DNA of 64,000 nt from Candidatus Latescibacterota bacterium (GCA_965261395.1 OZ253462.1:608001-672000); one strand, 5' to 3'; shown: positions 19,137 to 29,296, numbered from the stretch's first letter. A program made the numbers and translations. Notes: a model not told the origin generated them from the letters alone.

Positions 19137-21761
19137 CTAGAGACTGTAGCTGTATTTCACATACCAGAATGCGCCACCAAAGCCAAATGGGCTGAACTGG
19201 CTGTACTTGTTGCCAGTCCGATCGGCGGCTAGTTCATGTTCGTCGGGATAGGTGTTGAGAATATTCTGTGCGCCAATGGCTATCGTAGACATACCATCAT
19301 TAAACGAGACGCCGGTTTCAAGATCAAACAGCACCTTGCCACTATAGGTCTGATCGTCTTCAGAGTCGTACCATTCGCCGAAGTAGCTGGCGCGACCTAG
19401 ACCACTCCAACGCTCGGTCAGAGCTTGGGTCAGAGTCAAATTCCCGCGCTGCTTGGGAAGATTCTCCTCCAATTCCCTGATCCGGAGCTCGTCCAGAATG
19501 GCTTCGTTGTAGTCGGTGACTTCGGAGCTCGTGTAGTTGTAGGCGAGGCTCAGCCTCCCCGCACCCACCGGTGCCGACACCACGAGGTCAATCCCGCTGG
19601 TGGCGGAGTCGAAGTCATTGGTGAAGAAGCGGAACTCCTGCAAGCCGGCCGCGCTGGTTAGGCCCTCGTTGATTAGCTGCTGTTTCTGCTCATCGTCCAA
19701 CGCGAAGTCTTGCGAGACCGTCAGGCGGTCCTTCACCTTGATGTTGAAATAGTCGACCGTCGCACTAAGGGCACCCATCTTGACGACGACGCCCCCGGAG
19801 AGGTTGACCGACTTTTCAGACTCGAGCGCCGGCCCACCGCCCTCTAAACCGAGGACCAGCCCAACTGCGCGGCTGGTAGAAGGCACGGTGCCGTTGTTGA
19901 CCAAGTCGTTCTTCTCGAAGTTGAACTCGGTCGTTATGTTGAAGGCATTTTGCTGGCCGGGCGTCGGTGCCCTAAAGCCGGTGCTATAACTACCGCGCAG
20001 CTTCAGATCGTCCGTAAGGGCGAAATTGGAGGCTACCTTGTAGTTGGTTGTGCTGCCAAAGTCGTCAAAGTTCTCCGAGCGCAGTGCCACGGAAATCAGC
20101 AACGGATCAATCGGCTCAAAATCCGCCTCCACGTACAGGGCCGTGTTGGAGCGATCCCAGCGGCCGGCGGCCACCTTGCTAAAGCCCGAGAAACCATTAG
20201 TCGCGGGCTGAAACCCTTGGCTGGCCAACGGCTGACCAATCAGGTAGGACTCGATCTGTCCCTCCACGATCTCGAATGCTTCGTTGCGACGTTCGAGCCC
20301 CGCGGCCAAGAACACCTGATCGCTGACTGGGTACGTAATGTCGAAGTTTAGGTTGACATCCGTCTGGATGTAGTCTCCAGGGTTGAACAATGTCGGCGTA
20401 TCGGGACCCATCGAGGCATTCACGGTATTGAAGATGAAGTAGTCCGCATGGTGCCGGCCATAAGACGCGCTCACGCTCCAACCCAACGTCTCGGCCGCAA
20501 ATCCCTTCAGACCCAAGAGAATGGATTCATCCGTGGTGAAGCCGCCGAAGCGAGGCGTGAAGCCACCGGGAAACATTTTCAGGAACGAGAAGCAATTGGG
20601 ATCATCGCGAACCTGTAGCCAAGCCTCCTGGTCCGGCTTGTTGTCGATTATGGGTACCGGGGCACATTCACTGCCCTGACCCACGCCGTCCAAATCGCCC
20701 ACTAGCAGGGATCCGGTCTCGGGCTCGCCATCGTCATCTAGATCGAGCAACGGCCCCTTGAACACGCCGCTACGGGTATGGGGATTGCGGAAGTAGAACC
20801 CGCCTTCCGTTTCCTTGCTGGCGTAGTTGGCGTGACCGTAGAAATCGAGGTTCTCGCCCAAGGTCGCCCCGTAGTTGGCAAAGAACTTCAGATCGTCTCT
20901 GATGTAGGGCTGCCCCCAGATTTGGGCGGGATTGTTCACATTCGTATTGCCCGCGGCGAGCAGGGCCGCGGCATCATTGCGCTGCACCGAGCGGATGGTT
21001 TCGCCCGCGTTGCCGTATTCCAAGCTGAGATTGGCCCACGCACTCTCGTTGCCCAAGCCGAGATTGCCAGCGATAGAAAACAACTCGCCATCGCCGAGGA
21101 CGCCTTCGCCGTCTTGGAAGCTGCCGACCTTGGTCTCGACCGAAAGCCCTTCGGAACGATTCTTGAGGCGGAAGTTCAACACGCCGGCGATGGCGTCCGA
21201 GCCGTACTGGGCCGATGCGCCGTCGCGGAGGACTTCCACTCGTTCGAGCGCGATCGCCGGGATGGGCGCCAAATCGGGACCCTGCGCGCCATCGGCGACG
21301 CCATTGCCCAGCCAGTGAATCACCGCAGCGCGATGGCGGCGCTTGCCGTTGACCAAAACCAGCGCGTGGTCAGGGGCCAGCCCCCGCATGTTGGGCGGTC
21401 GGACGACCGTACCAGCATCGCTAATCGGCTGAGTATTGACGTTGTACGAAGGCACGATATTCCGCAGCAGGTCTGCTAGGTCCACCCCGCCTTGCTTGGC
21501 AAACTCTTCTCTGCCAATGACGTCAATGGGCACGGGTGAGTCGGTTACGGTGCGCGACTGTGCCCGCGAACCGGTCACCACCATCTCTTCAACCTCCACA
21601 ATACCTTCGAGCATTTCATCTTCGGCGGCGGCCATCTCTTCTACTGCGGTCTCTTCCTCTTCCATGGAGTCTTGGGCCACGGCCTCAGAAGCCAAGCTCA
21701 CAGAGAGCAGGGCCGAAAGGCCAAAGGCAAACGCAAAAGCCGATAGGAACTCTTTCATCAA
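19137..21761 (-). CDS. TonB-dependent outer-membrane receptor
   Basis: Signal peptide, VVTGSR TonB-box region, VEVLRDGASAQYGSDAIAGV plug motif, barrel ending YVKYSYSL. Confidence 0.93.
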   Translation of the reverse strand: MMKEFLSAFAFAFGLSALLSVSLASEAVAQDSMEEEETAVEEMAAAEDEMLEGIVEVEEMVVTGSRAQSRTVTDSPVPIDVIGREEFAKQGGVDLADLLRNIVPSYNVNTQPISDAGTVVRPPNMRGLAPDHALVLVNGKRRHRAAVIHWLGNGVADGAQGPDLAPIPAIALERVEVLRDGASAQYGSDAIAGVLNFRLKNRSEGLSVETKVGSFQDGEGVLGDGELFSIAGNLGLGNESAWANLSLEYGNAGETIRSVQRNDAAALLAAGNTNVNNPAQIWGQPYIRDDLKFFANYGATLGENLDFYGHANYASKETEGGFYFRNPHTRSGVFKGPLLDLDDDGEPETGSLLVGDLDGVGQGSECAPVPIIDNKPDQEAWLQVRDDPNCFSFLKMFPGGFTPRFGGFTTDESILLGLKGFAAETLGWSVSASYGRHHADYFIFNTVNASMGPDTPTLFNPGDYIQTDVNLNFDITYPVSDQVFLAAGLERRNEAFEIVEGQIESYLIGQPLASQGFQPATNGFSGFSKVAAGRWDRSNTALYVEADFEPIDPLLISVALRSENFDDFGSTTNYKVASNFALTDDLKLRGSYSTGFRAPTPGQQNAFNITTEFNFEKNDLVNNGTVPSTSRAVGLVLGLEGGGPALESEKSVNLSGGVVVKMGALSATVDYFNIKVKDRLTVSQDFALDDEQKQQLINEGLTSAAGLQEFRFFTNDFDSATSGIDLVVSAPVGAGRLSLAYNYTSSEVTDYNEAILDELRIRELEENLPKQRGNLTLTQALTERWSGLGRASYFGEWYDSEDDQTYSGKVLFDLETGVSFNDGMSTIAIGAQNILNTYPDEHELAADRTGNKYSQFSPFGFGGAFWYVKYSYSL

Positions 21762-22006
21762 ATTTCCCTCCTTTAGGAGAAGAATGGGAAGAATGGATCG
21801 TATAACTTAAACTTACTCGCGACAGAAATATGTTATATAATGATTTAGCTTCGGTCAATATGTATTATTCTCAATATTGAGCTATATGCTACATATTGTG
21901 TAAATTTGGTTGGGCTGTGGCGGTCTTGCAGCCAATATGTCAAAAGTAGTGGGCTTTTTGATCAACTCTGCGTCTTGCGGCGCGATAAACCGAAAGACAA
22001 CCGTTC

Positions 22007-22930
22007 ATGCTGGGCAAATTTTTCGACAAAGTAAAGCAGGGATTGGCGCAGACGCGGCAGGCGATGACCGATGTTATCGCTGGCAATCCCCGCTTGGACG
22101 ACGACGCCATCGACGATATCGAGGCCGCGCTAATCGGCGCTGATATGGGGCTGGAGACCGCCACCGAACTCGTCGATGAGCTGCGCGAGCGACTCGGGCG
22201 CGGGCAAATGGCGGACGGGCCGGACGGGGTGATGCAGGTGCTAGAAGAGCAAGTAGCCGCGATAATGACCCTCGGCAACGGCGCGTCCTTGCCCCTAGCA
22301 GGCGACCTACCGAGCAAGCCGTTTGTCGTGCTGATCGTCGGCGTCAACGGCACCGGCAAGACGACGACGGCCGGCAAGCTGGCCAAGCAATACGCCGATG
22401 CGGGCAAGAAGGTGGTGCTCGCTGCCGGCGACACGTTTCGGGCCGCGGCCATCCCTCAACTCGCCATCTGGGCGGAGCGCGCCGGAGCCGACCTGATACG
22501 CACGCAGCGCGGGGCCGACCCAGCGGCCGTGGCCTTCGACGCGCTCGCCGCGGCCAAGTCGCGCGGGGCCGACGTAGTGCTGGTGGACACGGCCGGCCGC
22601 TTGCACAACAAGGTCAACTTGATGGAGGAACTCAAGAAGATCCGCCGCTCGCTGGCCAAGCAAGACCCAACGGCTCCGCACGAAACCCTGCTGGTACTCG
22701 ACGGGACCAGCGGCCAGAATGCCCTGTCGCAGGCAACCGCATTCAACCAAGCCACCGAGTTGACCGGGCTCGTGCTGACCAAGCTAGACGGAACGGCTAA
22801 GGGCGGGATCGTCGTCGCGCTGCGGCGTCAGATGGATCTGCCAGTAAAGCTGATTGGGGTGGGCGAGGGGGTGGACGATTTACAGCCGTTTGACGGGGCG
22901 GCATTCGCCCGCGCGTTGTTCGCCGAGTAA
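22007..22930 (+). CDS. ftsY: SRP receptor FtsY
   Basis: GVNGTGKTTT, DTFRAAA, DTAGR, TKLDGTAKGG. Confidence 0.97.
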   Translation: MLGKFFDKVKQGLAQTRQAMTDVIAGNPRLDDDAIDDIEAALIGADMGLETATELVDELRERLGRGQMADGPDGVMQVLEEQVAAIMTLGNGASLPLAGDLPSKPFVVLIVGVNGTGKTTTAGKLAKQYADAGKKVVLAAGDTFRAAAIPQLAIWAERAGADLIRTQRGADPAAVAFDALAAAKSRGADVVLVDTAGRLHNKVNLMEELKKIRRSLAKQDPTAPHETLLVLDGTSGQNALSQATAFNQATELTGLVLTKLDGTAKGGIVVALRRQMDLPVKLIGVGEGVDDLQPFDGAAFARALFAE

Positions 22931-22934
22931 GGAG

Positions 22935-24047
22935 TTACTGCGCGTCCAGCGCGTCTTTTAGTTCCCCCCGTACTTCCGCATCTTCTTCTATTCCCAAGCG
23001 CCGTTCGAGCGCCTCTTTTGCCGCATCGCCCCCGAGTTGACCCAGTGCCCAAGCTACGTGGCCGCGCACTAGCGGCTCTTCGTCGTCGAGTGCGCTGATC
23101 AAGGCCGGCACCGCGGCCTGCATACCCGAATTGCCCAAGGCCACGGCGACGTTGCGCAAAAAGCCACGGCGCTTAGGGCGCTTGACCGGATTGCGGCGGA
23201 ATAGTGCGTTGAAGGCTTCGCGGTCGAGTTGGATCAGGTCGAGGAGCGACGGGCTGTCGAGGCCGGCTCGGCTCTGGTACGCCGGCTCTGGAGCCGGCTC
23301 GGCCTTGCGGTTCCACGGGCAGACCTCTTGACAGATGTCGCAGCCAAAAATCCACTGGCCCATACCTTGGCGCAGGTCGCGGGGAATCGACCCCTTGAGC
23401 TCGATGTTGAGGTAGGAAATACAGCGCCGAGCGTCGAGCACGTACGGCTCGGGGAAGGCGTTGGTGGGGCAGGCGTCCAAGCAGCGCGTGCAGGTGCCGC
23501 AGTGGTCTGGGGCGGGTTCGTCGTAGTCAAGTTCGAGGTCGGTGATGATTTCGGCCAAGAAGAAATAAGAGCCGCGGCGCTTGTCGATCAGGCAGGTGTT
23601 CTTACCCCACCAGCCCAAGCCCGCCCGCTGGGCGAGTTCGCGCTCTAAGACTGGGGCCGTATCCACAAAATAGCGGCCTTTCGTCTCCCCTCCAGCCTCG
23701 GCTAGCACGAATTCCCACAGTGCCGCCAAGCGCTTTTTGACAATGTCGTGGTAGTCGTCGCCGCGGGCGTAACAAGCGATCCGGCCGTGCAGGGGATCAG
23801 GTGCCGCAGGCGTGGGCTGGTAGTAATCCATGCCGAGGCAGATGGCGGTCTGAGCACCGGGGACCATCTGGCACGGGTCCTCGCGCTTGTCGAGGTGGCG
23901 TTTGAGGTAGTCCATCTGACCGGCGTAGCCCAAGGCCACCCAGCGGGCGTAAAACTCGGCCCCTTTTAACGGGTCGGCCGGGGCGAAGCCGACCGAGGTA
24001 AAGCCTAAGGCGCGGGCCTTGCGGCGAATTTGTTCGGTCAGCGACAT
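22935..24047 (-). CDS. queG: Epoxyqueuosine reductase
   Basis: YARGDDYH, VDTAPVLER, CGTCTRCLDACPT, RCISY, GCDICQEVCPWN, C-terminal HEAT repeats. Confidence 0.95.
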   Translation of the reverse strand: MSLTEQIRRKARALGFTSVGFAPADPLKGAEFYARWVALGYAGQMDYLKRHLDKREDPCQMVPGAQTAICLGMDYYQPTPAAPDPLHGRIACYARGDDYHDIVKKRLAALWEFVLAEAGGETKGRYFVDTAPVLERELAQRAGLGWWGKNTCLIDKRRGSYFFLAEIITDLELDYDEPAPDHCGTCTRCLDACPTNAFPEPYVLDARRCISYLNIELKGSIPRDLRQGMGQWIFGCDICQEVCPWNRKAEPAPEPAYQSRAGLDSPSLLDLIQLDREAFNALFRRNPVKRPKRRGFLRNVAVALGNSGMQAAVPALISALDDEEPLVRGHVAWALGQLGGDAAKEALERRLGIEEDAEVRGELKDALDAQ

Positions 24048-24068
24048 ACCGGGCCGCGCAAGCGGCTG

Positions 24069-25379
24069 CTAGAACATCTCCGCGATGCGGCGGAAGACCA
24101 TCTGATTGAGGTCGTTGAACGTGACCAGCACCATGATTAACAGCATCATGGCCAAGCCGATCTGCTGAAAGACCTCGCGCTGGCGCAGCGAAAGCGGTCG
24201 GCGCATGATGCCCTCTAGCGTGAGGAAGGTCAGGTGGCCGCCGTCGAGCACGGGGATGGGCAGGAGGTTGATAATCGCCAAGTTGACGCTGAGCATGGCG
24301 AGGAAGCTGATGAAGGAGTGCAAGCCCTGCTCGGCGGTCTGTCCGGCTAACTGGGCGATGCGCAACGGGCCGCCCAATTCGTCGGTCGAGCGGTCGCCTT
24401 GGAAAAGCTCGCCCAAAAAGTCGAGGATCAACCAAGAGGAATTGTACACGCCCAGTCCCCCCAGCACCACCGCTCGGCCCAACCCGACGGTGTGGCGCGA
24501 GGCCTGCGGGCTGATGCCGATACGACCCACGAGCGCGTCGCCTTCGGCGTGGGTAGCCGGGGTGATTAGCTGCTCCATGCGCTGGCCGTCGCGCTCCCAA
24601 ACCAACGGAATCGTCTCGCCCGGATAGCGGCGGATCTCCTCGCTCATATCAGCCCAGCTCACAACCGGAGCTTGGCCCACGGCGAGGATGATGTCGCCCG
24701 CTTGCAGGCCGAGGCTATCGGCCGGCATATCGGGGACGACCTGCCCCACCGTGGTGGGGCGCATTAGCTGCACGCCGTAGCCCTCGTCGCCCGCGGGTGG
24801 CAGGTTGAAATCCAAGAGGATGCCGTCGCGTTCGACTTCGAGCCTAGCGCCGCGGCTTGAGATCTCGTCCAAGGCGCTGGCCAGCTCGTAGGCATTGCCG
24901 ACGGGCGTGCCTCCGACGGTGCGCACGCGATCGCCGCGCACCAGACCAACCTCGGCGGCGAGGGAATTCTCTTGGGGGTTGACGCGAGTGCTATCGAAGG
25001 AATCAATCCCGTAAACGCTGAAGAGGAAAATCAGGGCCGCGAAGGCGAAGAGGAAGTTCATGGCCGGGCCGGCGGCGATGACCGCCATGCGGATCCCCAC
25101 CGACCTAGAGGGAAATTCCCAATGCGCGCCAGTGGTTTCCTCGGTGCCCACATCGGCCATACCAGCTACCTTGACGTAACCGCCAAAAGGGATCCAAGAA
25201 ATACAGTACTCGGTTTCGCCGCGGGTAAAGCCGATCATTTTGGGTGGATAGCCCAAAGAGAAGCGCTCGACGCGAATGCCCGCCCATTTAGCGACCAGAA
25301 AGTGGCCCAGCTCGTGGACGAAGACTAAGACGCCTAAGGCGAGGAGAAACGAGGCAATAGTAGTGAGGGTATCGAGCAT
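24069..25379 (-). CDS. rseP: RIP metalloprotease RseP
   Basis: HELGH, IPFGGYV, AGPAMN, two PDZ domains, NLLPIPVLDGG. Confidence 0.95.
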   Translation of the reverse strand: MLDTLTTIASFLLALGVLVFVHELGHFLVAKWAGIRVERFSLGYPPKMIGFTRGETEYCISWIPFGGYVKVAGMADVGTEETTGAHWEFPSRSVGIRMAVIAAGPAMNFLFAFAALIFLFSVYGIDSFDSTRVNPQENSLAAEVGLVRGDRVRTVGGTPVGNAYELASALDEISSRGARLEVERDGILLDFNLPPAGDEGYGVQLMRPTTVGQVVPDMPADSLGLQAGDIILAVGQAPVVSWADMSEEIRRYPGETIPLVWERDGQRMEQLITPATHAEGDALVGRIGISPQASRHTVGLGRAVVLGGLGVYNSSWLILDFLGELFQGDRSTDELGGPLRIAQLAGQTAEQGLHSFISFLAMLSVNLAIINLLPIPVLDGGHLTFLTLEGIMRRPLSLRQREVFQQIGLAMMLLIMVLVTFNDLNQMVFRRIAEMF

Positions 25380-25396
25380 ACTCTATCTAGTCCGTC

Positions 25397-26233
25397 TCAA
25401 GAAAAAACGGCCAGCATATCCACGTAGAGATACGCCAGCGGAAAGGCCAAAAAATAAGAGTCAAAGCGGTCGAGCAGGCCACCATGGCCTGGGATTAGCA
25501 GCGGTGCGTCCTTGATGCCCATGTCGCGCTTAAAGGCCGATTCCACCAGGTCGCCCACTTGGGCACCGATGCCCGCGACGAGCAAAAGCCCCAGCAGCGA
25601 CGCCGTAGAAAAGGAGGGCAGCAGAAAGCCCAAGGGTATGGGGAGGGCGCTGCCGACTACGCCGCCGATGCATCCGACCCTCGTCTTATTAGGGCTGATC
25701 GTCGGTGCCAGCTTGGCCCGGCCCCAAAACCGACCGCTGAAGTACGCCCCGGAATCCGCAAGCCAGATGCAGAGAAAGAGCACGGCCACCAAGTGGTGGG
25801 CCTCCTCTCCCTTACCAGCCGCCTGAAAAAGCAGCAGCGGCGCACTGCCCAAGACGCCGAAGAAGAGCACGCCGCCCAACGTCAGAAAGGCGTTGGCCGC
25901 ATAGCGCTCCGTGCCTTGGAACAAGGCCCATACCGCGACCAGCAAGATGGCCGCCATCAGCAATGCGGCGAGGTCATCGCCCGTGCCCTGGCGCCAGAAG
26001 TAGCTGCACAGACCCAAGACCAACAAGCTGCCCGGCAGGCGGATGGGTCGGTAGCCAGCTTCCTCTAGGATGTGGTGGTATTCCCACGAGCAGCGCACGG
26101 CCACGACCAACACCAAGAGGAAGAGGGCCCAGCTTGCCTCTTCGACCAGCAGTAGGATCACCGGCACGAAGACAACAGCCGCGAGGACGCGCTGTCGCAG
26201 GCCGGAGGCCTTTGCCGCGGTGTCAGCCGCCAA
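25397..26233 (-). CDS. cdsA: Phosphatidate cytidylyltransferase
   Basis: DSGAYF, ISPNKT, GDLVESAFKR, PGHGGLLDRFDS; lies between uppS and rseP. Confidence 0.93.
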   Translation of the reverse strand: MAADTAAKASGLRQRVLAAVVFVPVILLLVEEASWALFLLVLVVAVRCSWEYHHILEEAGYRPIRLPGSLLVLGLCSYFWRQGTGDDLAALLMAAILLVAVWALFQGTERYAANAFLTLGGVLFFGVLGSAPLLLFQAAGKGEEAHHLVAVLFLCIWLADSGAYFSGRFWGRAKLAPTISPNKTRVGCIGGVVGSALPIPLGFLLPSFSTASLLGLLLVAGIGAQVGDLVESAFKRDMGIKDAPLLIPGHGGLLDRFDSYFLAFPLAYLYVDMLAVFS

Positions 26234-27029
26234 AGCGCCTCTGCCGTTGTTGGTAGGCGGCAATGGCTTCGTAGAGGTGCTGGCGGCGAAAATCCGGCCA
26301 ATGCACATCGCCGACGAAGCAAATTTCAGTATAGACCATCTGCCAAGGGAGGAAGTTGCTCAGTCGCATTTCGCCGCTGGTGCGGATTAGCAAATCCGGG
26401 TCGGGCAAGTCGGCTGTATAGAGGGCTCCGCTGATTTGTTCCTCGTTGATGTCTTCTGGGTTGAGCCGGCCAGCCGCCACTTCGGCGGCCAGCTTGCGGA
26501 AGGCGTCGACTAGCTCGCTGCGGCCCCCGTAGTTGAGTGCCAAGTTGAGCTTGAGGCCGGTGTTGTCTTTGGTCTGAACGAGGGCGTGTCCTAGGGCCAA
26601 TTGTATGATCGGCGACAACTCGTCGGTGCGGCCTATGGCGTTGAGAGATACGTTGTTTTCGTGAAGTTCCGACACTTCGTCGCGCAGTGCTTCGTGCAGC
26701 CACTGCATCAGCTCTTCTACTTCCGCTTCGGGCCGGGACCAGTTCTCAGTCGAGAAGGTGTACAGGGTCAGCGCCTCGATTTGCAGTTGGCCGCAGGCGC
26801 GCACAATGTCGCGCACAGACTCGCGACCAAAGCGATGCCCTTCGGTCTTGGGCAGATTGCGCTCAACGGCCCAGCGCCTATCGCCATCCATGATAATGGC
26901 GATGTGTTGAGGCAGGTTCCCCTCGTCCTTGAGGCTCTGCTGGATGCGGAAGTCCTCTTCGGGATTGAGGGGTTTTACTGGGTGGTATTCGCGGGGAGAA
27001 ATTTCCAGCGGCAGAGCCTGAGCACTCAT
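26223..27029 (-). CDS. uppS: Undecaprenyl diphosphate synthase
   Basis: HIAIIMDG, FSTENWSR, NYGGR, DLLIRTSGEMRLSNF. Confidence 0.96.
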   Translation of the reverse strand: MSAQALPLEISPREYHPVKPLNPEEDFRIQQSLKDEGNLPQHIAIIMDGDRRWAVERNLPKTEGHRFGRESVRDIVRACGQLQIEALTLYTFSTENWSRPEAEVEELMQWLHEALRDEVSELHENNVSLNAIGRTDELSPIIQLALGHALVQTKDNTGLKLNLALNYGGRSELVDAFRKLAAEVAAGRLNPEDINEEQISGALYTADLPDPDLLIRTSGEMRLSNFLPWQMVYTEICFVGDVHWPDFRRQHLYEAIAAYQQRQRRFGG

Positions 27030-27188
27030 AACGTATAAGGATGATTCGGTGGGTTTCTGTGGCGGCCATCCACGGCCACTTTCATAAATTCGGGCGCGTC
27101 CCGCCTTAAGAAAACAAGGCCGCGCCCATTTGGGTCAATCTAGGGGAAAGGCTCATATTCGTCAAGCAAGCCTAGGTGCCAGATGCGC

Positions 27189-27217
27189 TTGACGCCCATT
27201 CTAGGGGCCAGTATTAT
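27189..27217 (+). promoter_or_regulatory. Sigma70-type promoter, probably producing a leaderless mRNA
   Basis: TTGACG-17 nt-TATTAT, followed 7 nt later by ATG 27225 with no RBS. Confidence 0.7.
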
Positions 27218-27224
27218 GGTACTT

Positions 27225-27821
27225 ATGAAGAATGAGGCGACGCGCGCCCGCAAAGAACGGCTCAGAAAGCGCGTCCTAGCGGTGCGCATGGGGTTGGACC
27301 GCAGCCAAGTAGAGGTCGGCGGGCAGGCCATATTAGAGAAGGTCCTGGGGCTGGAGGCGTACCGCCGGGCCAAGCTCGTCCACACCTATGTCTCCAGCAA
27401 GGAAAGCGAGGTCGATACCCGCGTGTTGATCGGCACTTGCCTAGCGCACGGCAAGCGGGTGGCCGTGCCGGTGGTGACGCCGGGCACGAGGACGATGGCC
27501 CACGCGCTGATCGACAGCCTGGACCAGCTCGTCGTCGGCCCCTGGGGGCTAGCGCAACCTGATCCCGCTGAGGCAGTTTGGCTGCCCTCAGAAGCTCGCA
27601 TAGACTTGGTCGTCGTACCGGGTCTTGCCTTTGACCGGCGCGGGCATCGCATCGGCTGGGGCGGCGGCTACTACGACCGCTTTTTAGCGCAAGTGCAAAC
27701 CATCAAAATAGGGCTGTGCTACGACGAGCTAGTCCTAGACTGCATTCCCGGCGAGCCGCACGATGTGCCCATGGACATGGTCGTCGCCGCAACCGCCATT
27801 TACCAAGGAGGGACCGCATGA
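27225..27821 (+). CDS. ygfA: 5-formyltetrahydrofolate cyclo-ligase
   Basis: EVDT, IDLVVVPGLAFD, RIGWGGGYYDRFL, HDVPMD. Confidence 0.92.
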   Translation: MKNEATRARKERLRKRVLAVRMGLDRSQVEVGGQAILEKVLGLEAYRRAKLVHTYVSSKESEVDTRVLIGTCLAHGKRVAVPVVTPGTRTMAHALIDSLDQLVVGPWGLAQPDPAEAVWLPSEARIDLVVVPGLAFDRRGHRIGWGGGYYDRFLAQVQTIKIGLCYDELVLDCIPGEPHDVPMDMVVAATAIYQGGTA

Positions 27822-28132
27822 TCTACGAATTGCGCATCTACCGCTTCCACAAGGGAGCCGACAACAAGAAAAAATTCCTCGCCGGCTTTACCAAGGCCCG
27901 CCGCTTCATGCCTAAGTACGGCGTGACGTTTGTCGCCGCGTGGGAAAATCCCGACCGCGACGATGAGTTCATCTGGATTCGCGCCTTCCCCAACGCCAAG
28001 GCCCGCGACAAGGCGATTGAAGCATATTACGCCAGCCCGGAATGGGCCAAGATCGTCGATCAGATCCGCCCGCTAATCCGCCGGCGGGAGGTGCGGGTGA
28101 TGAAAGCATTGCCCTATTCGACCCTAAAATAA
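27818..28132 (+). CDS. NIPSNAP-family protein
   Basis: MIYELRIYR, FIWIRAF, YYASPEW; AGGAGG RBS. Confidence 0.8.
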   Translation: MIYELRIYRFHKGADNKKKFLAGFTKARRFMPKYGVTFVAAWENPDRDDEFIWIRAFPNAKARDKAIEAYYASPEWAKIVDQIRPLIRRREVRVMKALPYSTLK

Positions 28133-29127
28133 TGTTCCGCATCGGCTCAATAACCGCTGATCCCGGCATCCTGCTAGCGCCCATGGAGGATGTCTCCGAG
28201 CTACCGTTCCGCCTGATTTGCAGGGAACTGGGAGCCGACGTCGTCTATACCGAATTCGTCAATGCCGAGGGGCTGCTGCGCGAAGATCCCGACGGGCCGC
28301 GCCGCGCTTTTCGCAAGCTGCGCTTTTCAGAAGCTGAGCGGCCTTTGGCGATCCAGCTCTACGGCGCGGCCTCGCTGTCTATGGAAAAAGCCACTGAGAT
28401 CGCTAGCGCGCAGGATCCAGACTTCATCGACATCAACTGCGGCTGCTGGGTGAGCAATGTGGCGCTGCGCGGAGCCGGGGCCGGGCTTCTGCGCGACTTG
28501 CCGCAGATGAAGGAGGTCGTCTCGCGCGTCATCGGCGCGACGCATTTGCCGGTGACTGTGAAGACGCGCCTCGGCTGGGACCAGCAGAGCATCCGCATTG
28601 TCGAGGTAGCCCAGATGCTCGAGGATCTGGGCGTACAGGCGCTGGCTATTCACTGCCGCACCCGCGCGCAAGGCCACAAGGGCGCGGTGGACTACGAGTG
28701 GATACCCAAGGTCAAGGCGGCGGTCTCGATACCGATCATTCTCAACGGCGACCTGACCTCGCCGCAGACGGTCAAACACGCCTTCGACAGCACGGGATGC
28801 GACGGGGTGATGATCGGCCGCGGCGCCATCCGCCATCCGTGGATTTTCCGCGAATCCCAGCACTACCTAAAGACGGGTGCGCTCTTGCCCGAACCAAGCC
28901 GACAGGAGCGCACCGAGCTGTGCCTCAAGCACCTGCGGCTGGCCGTTGAGCACGGCGGTCCGCAGGAGGCGCTGGTCGGCGTGCGACGCCACTACGCCGG
29001 GTACTTTCGCGGTCTGCGCGGCGCGGCGCAGCTCAGAGCCGAACTGGCCAGCTACAAGGAGCTAACTCCCTTGTTGGCGCGCCTTGCGGAGCTGCGCGAC
29101 ACCGATCCAGAACGCCTCGCCGCCTAA
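28132..29127 (+). CDS. dusB: tRNA-dihydrouridine synthase
   Basis: LAPM, IDINCGC, TVKTRLGW, HCRT, NGD, GVMIGRGA. Confidence 0.92.
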   Translation: MFRIGSITADPGILLAPMEDVSELPFRLICRELGADVVYTEFVNAEGLLREDPDGPRRAFRKLRFSEAERPLAIQLYGAASLSMEKATEIASAQDPDFIDINCGCWVSNVALRGAGAGLLRDLPQMKEVVSRVIGATHLPVTVKTRLGWDQQSIRIVEVAQMLEDLGVQALAIHCRTRAQGHKGAVDYEWIPKVKAAVSIPIILNGDLTSPQTVKHAFDSTGCDGVMIGRGAIRHPWIFRESQHYLKTGALLPEPSRQERTELCLKHLRLAVEHGGPQEALVGVRRHYAGYFRGLRGAAQLRAELASYKELTPLLARLAELRDTDPERLAA

Positions 29128-29296
29128 TTCTCGCCCTTCTGCGCTTTCGCTGGACTGGTCCGACCCTGTTACCGTACAAGATACATTAATTTTTTCTATT
29201 AATAACATAGCAATAATCAATTTGCCCAATGAATAGAACCCTCTAACTTTAGCTGGCGGCAAACGACACAACTCTTCAATACAAAAGGAGACACCC

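Noticed and set aside
21762-22006. Cobalamin or TPP riboswitch upstream of the TonB receptor
   Set aside because: Region is AT-rich with no B12-box or CUGAGA core visible
27030-27188. Possible 6S RNA upstream of ygfA
   Set aside because: Only a short hairpin (about 27092-27127), no long rod with central bubble, and ygfA has its own promoter directly upstream
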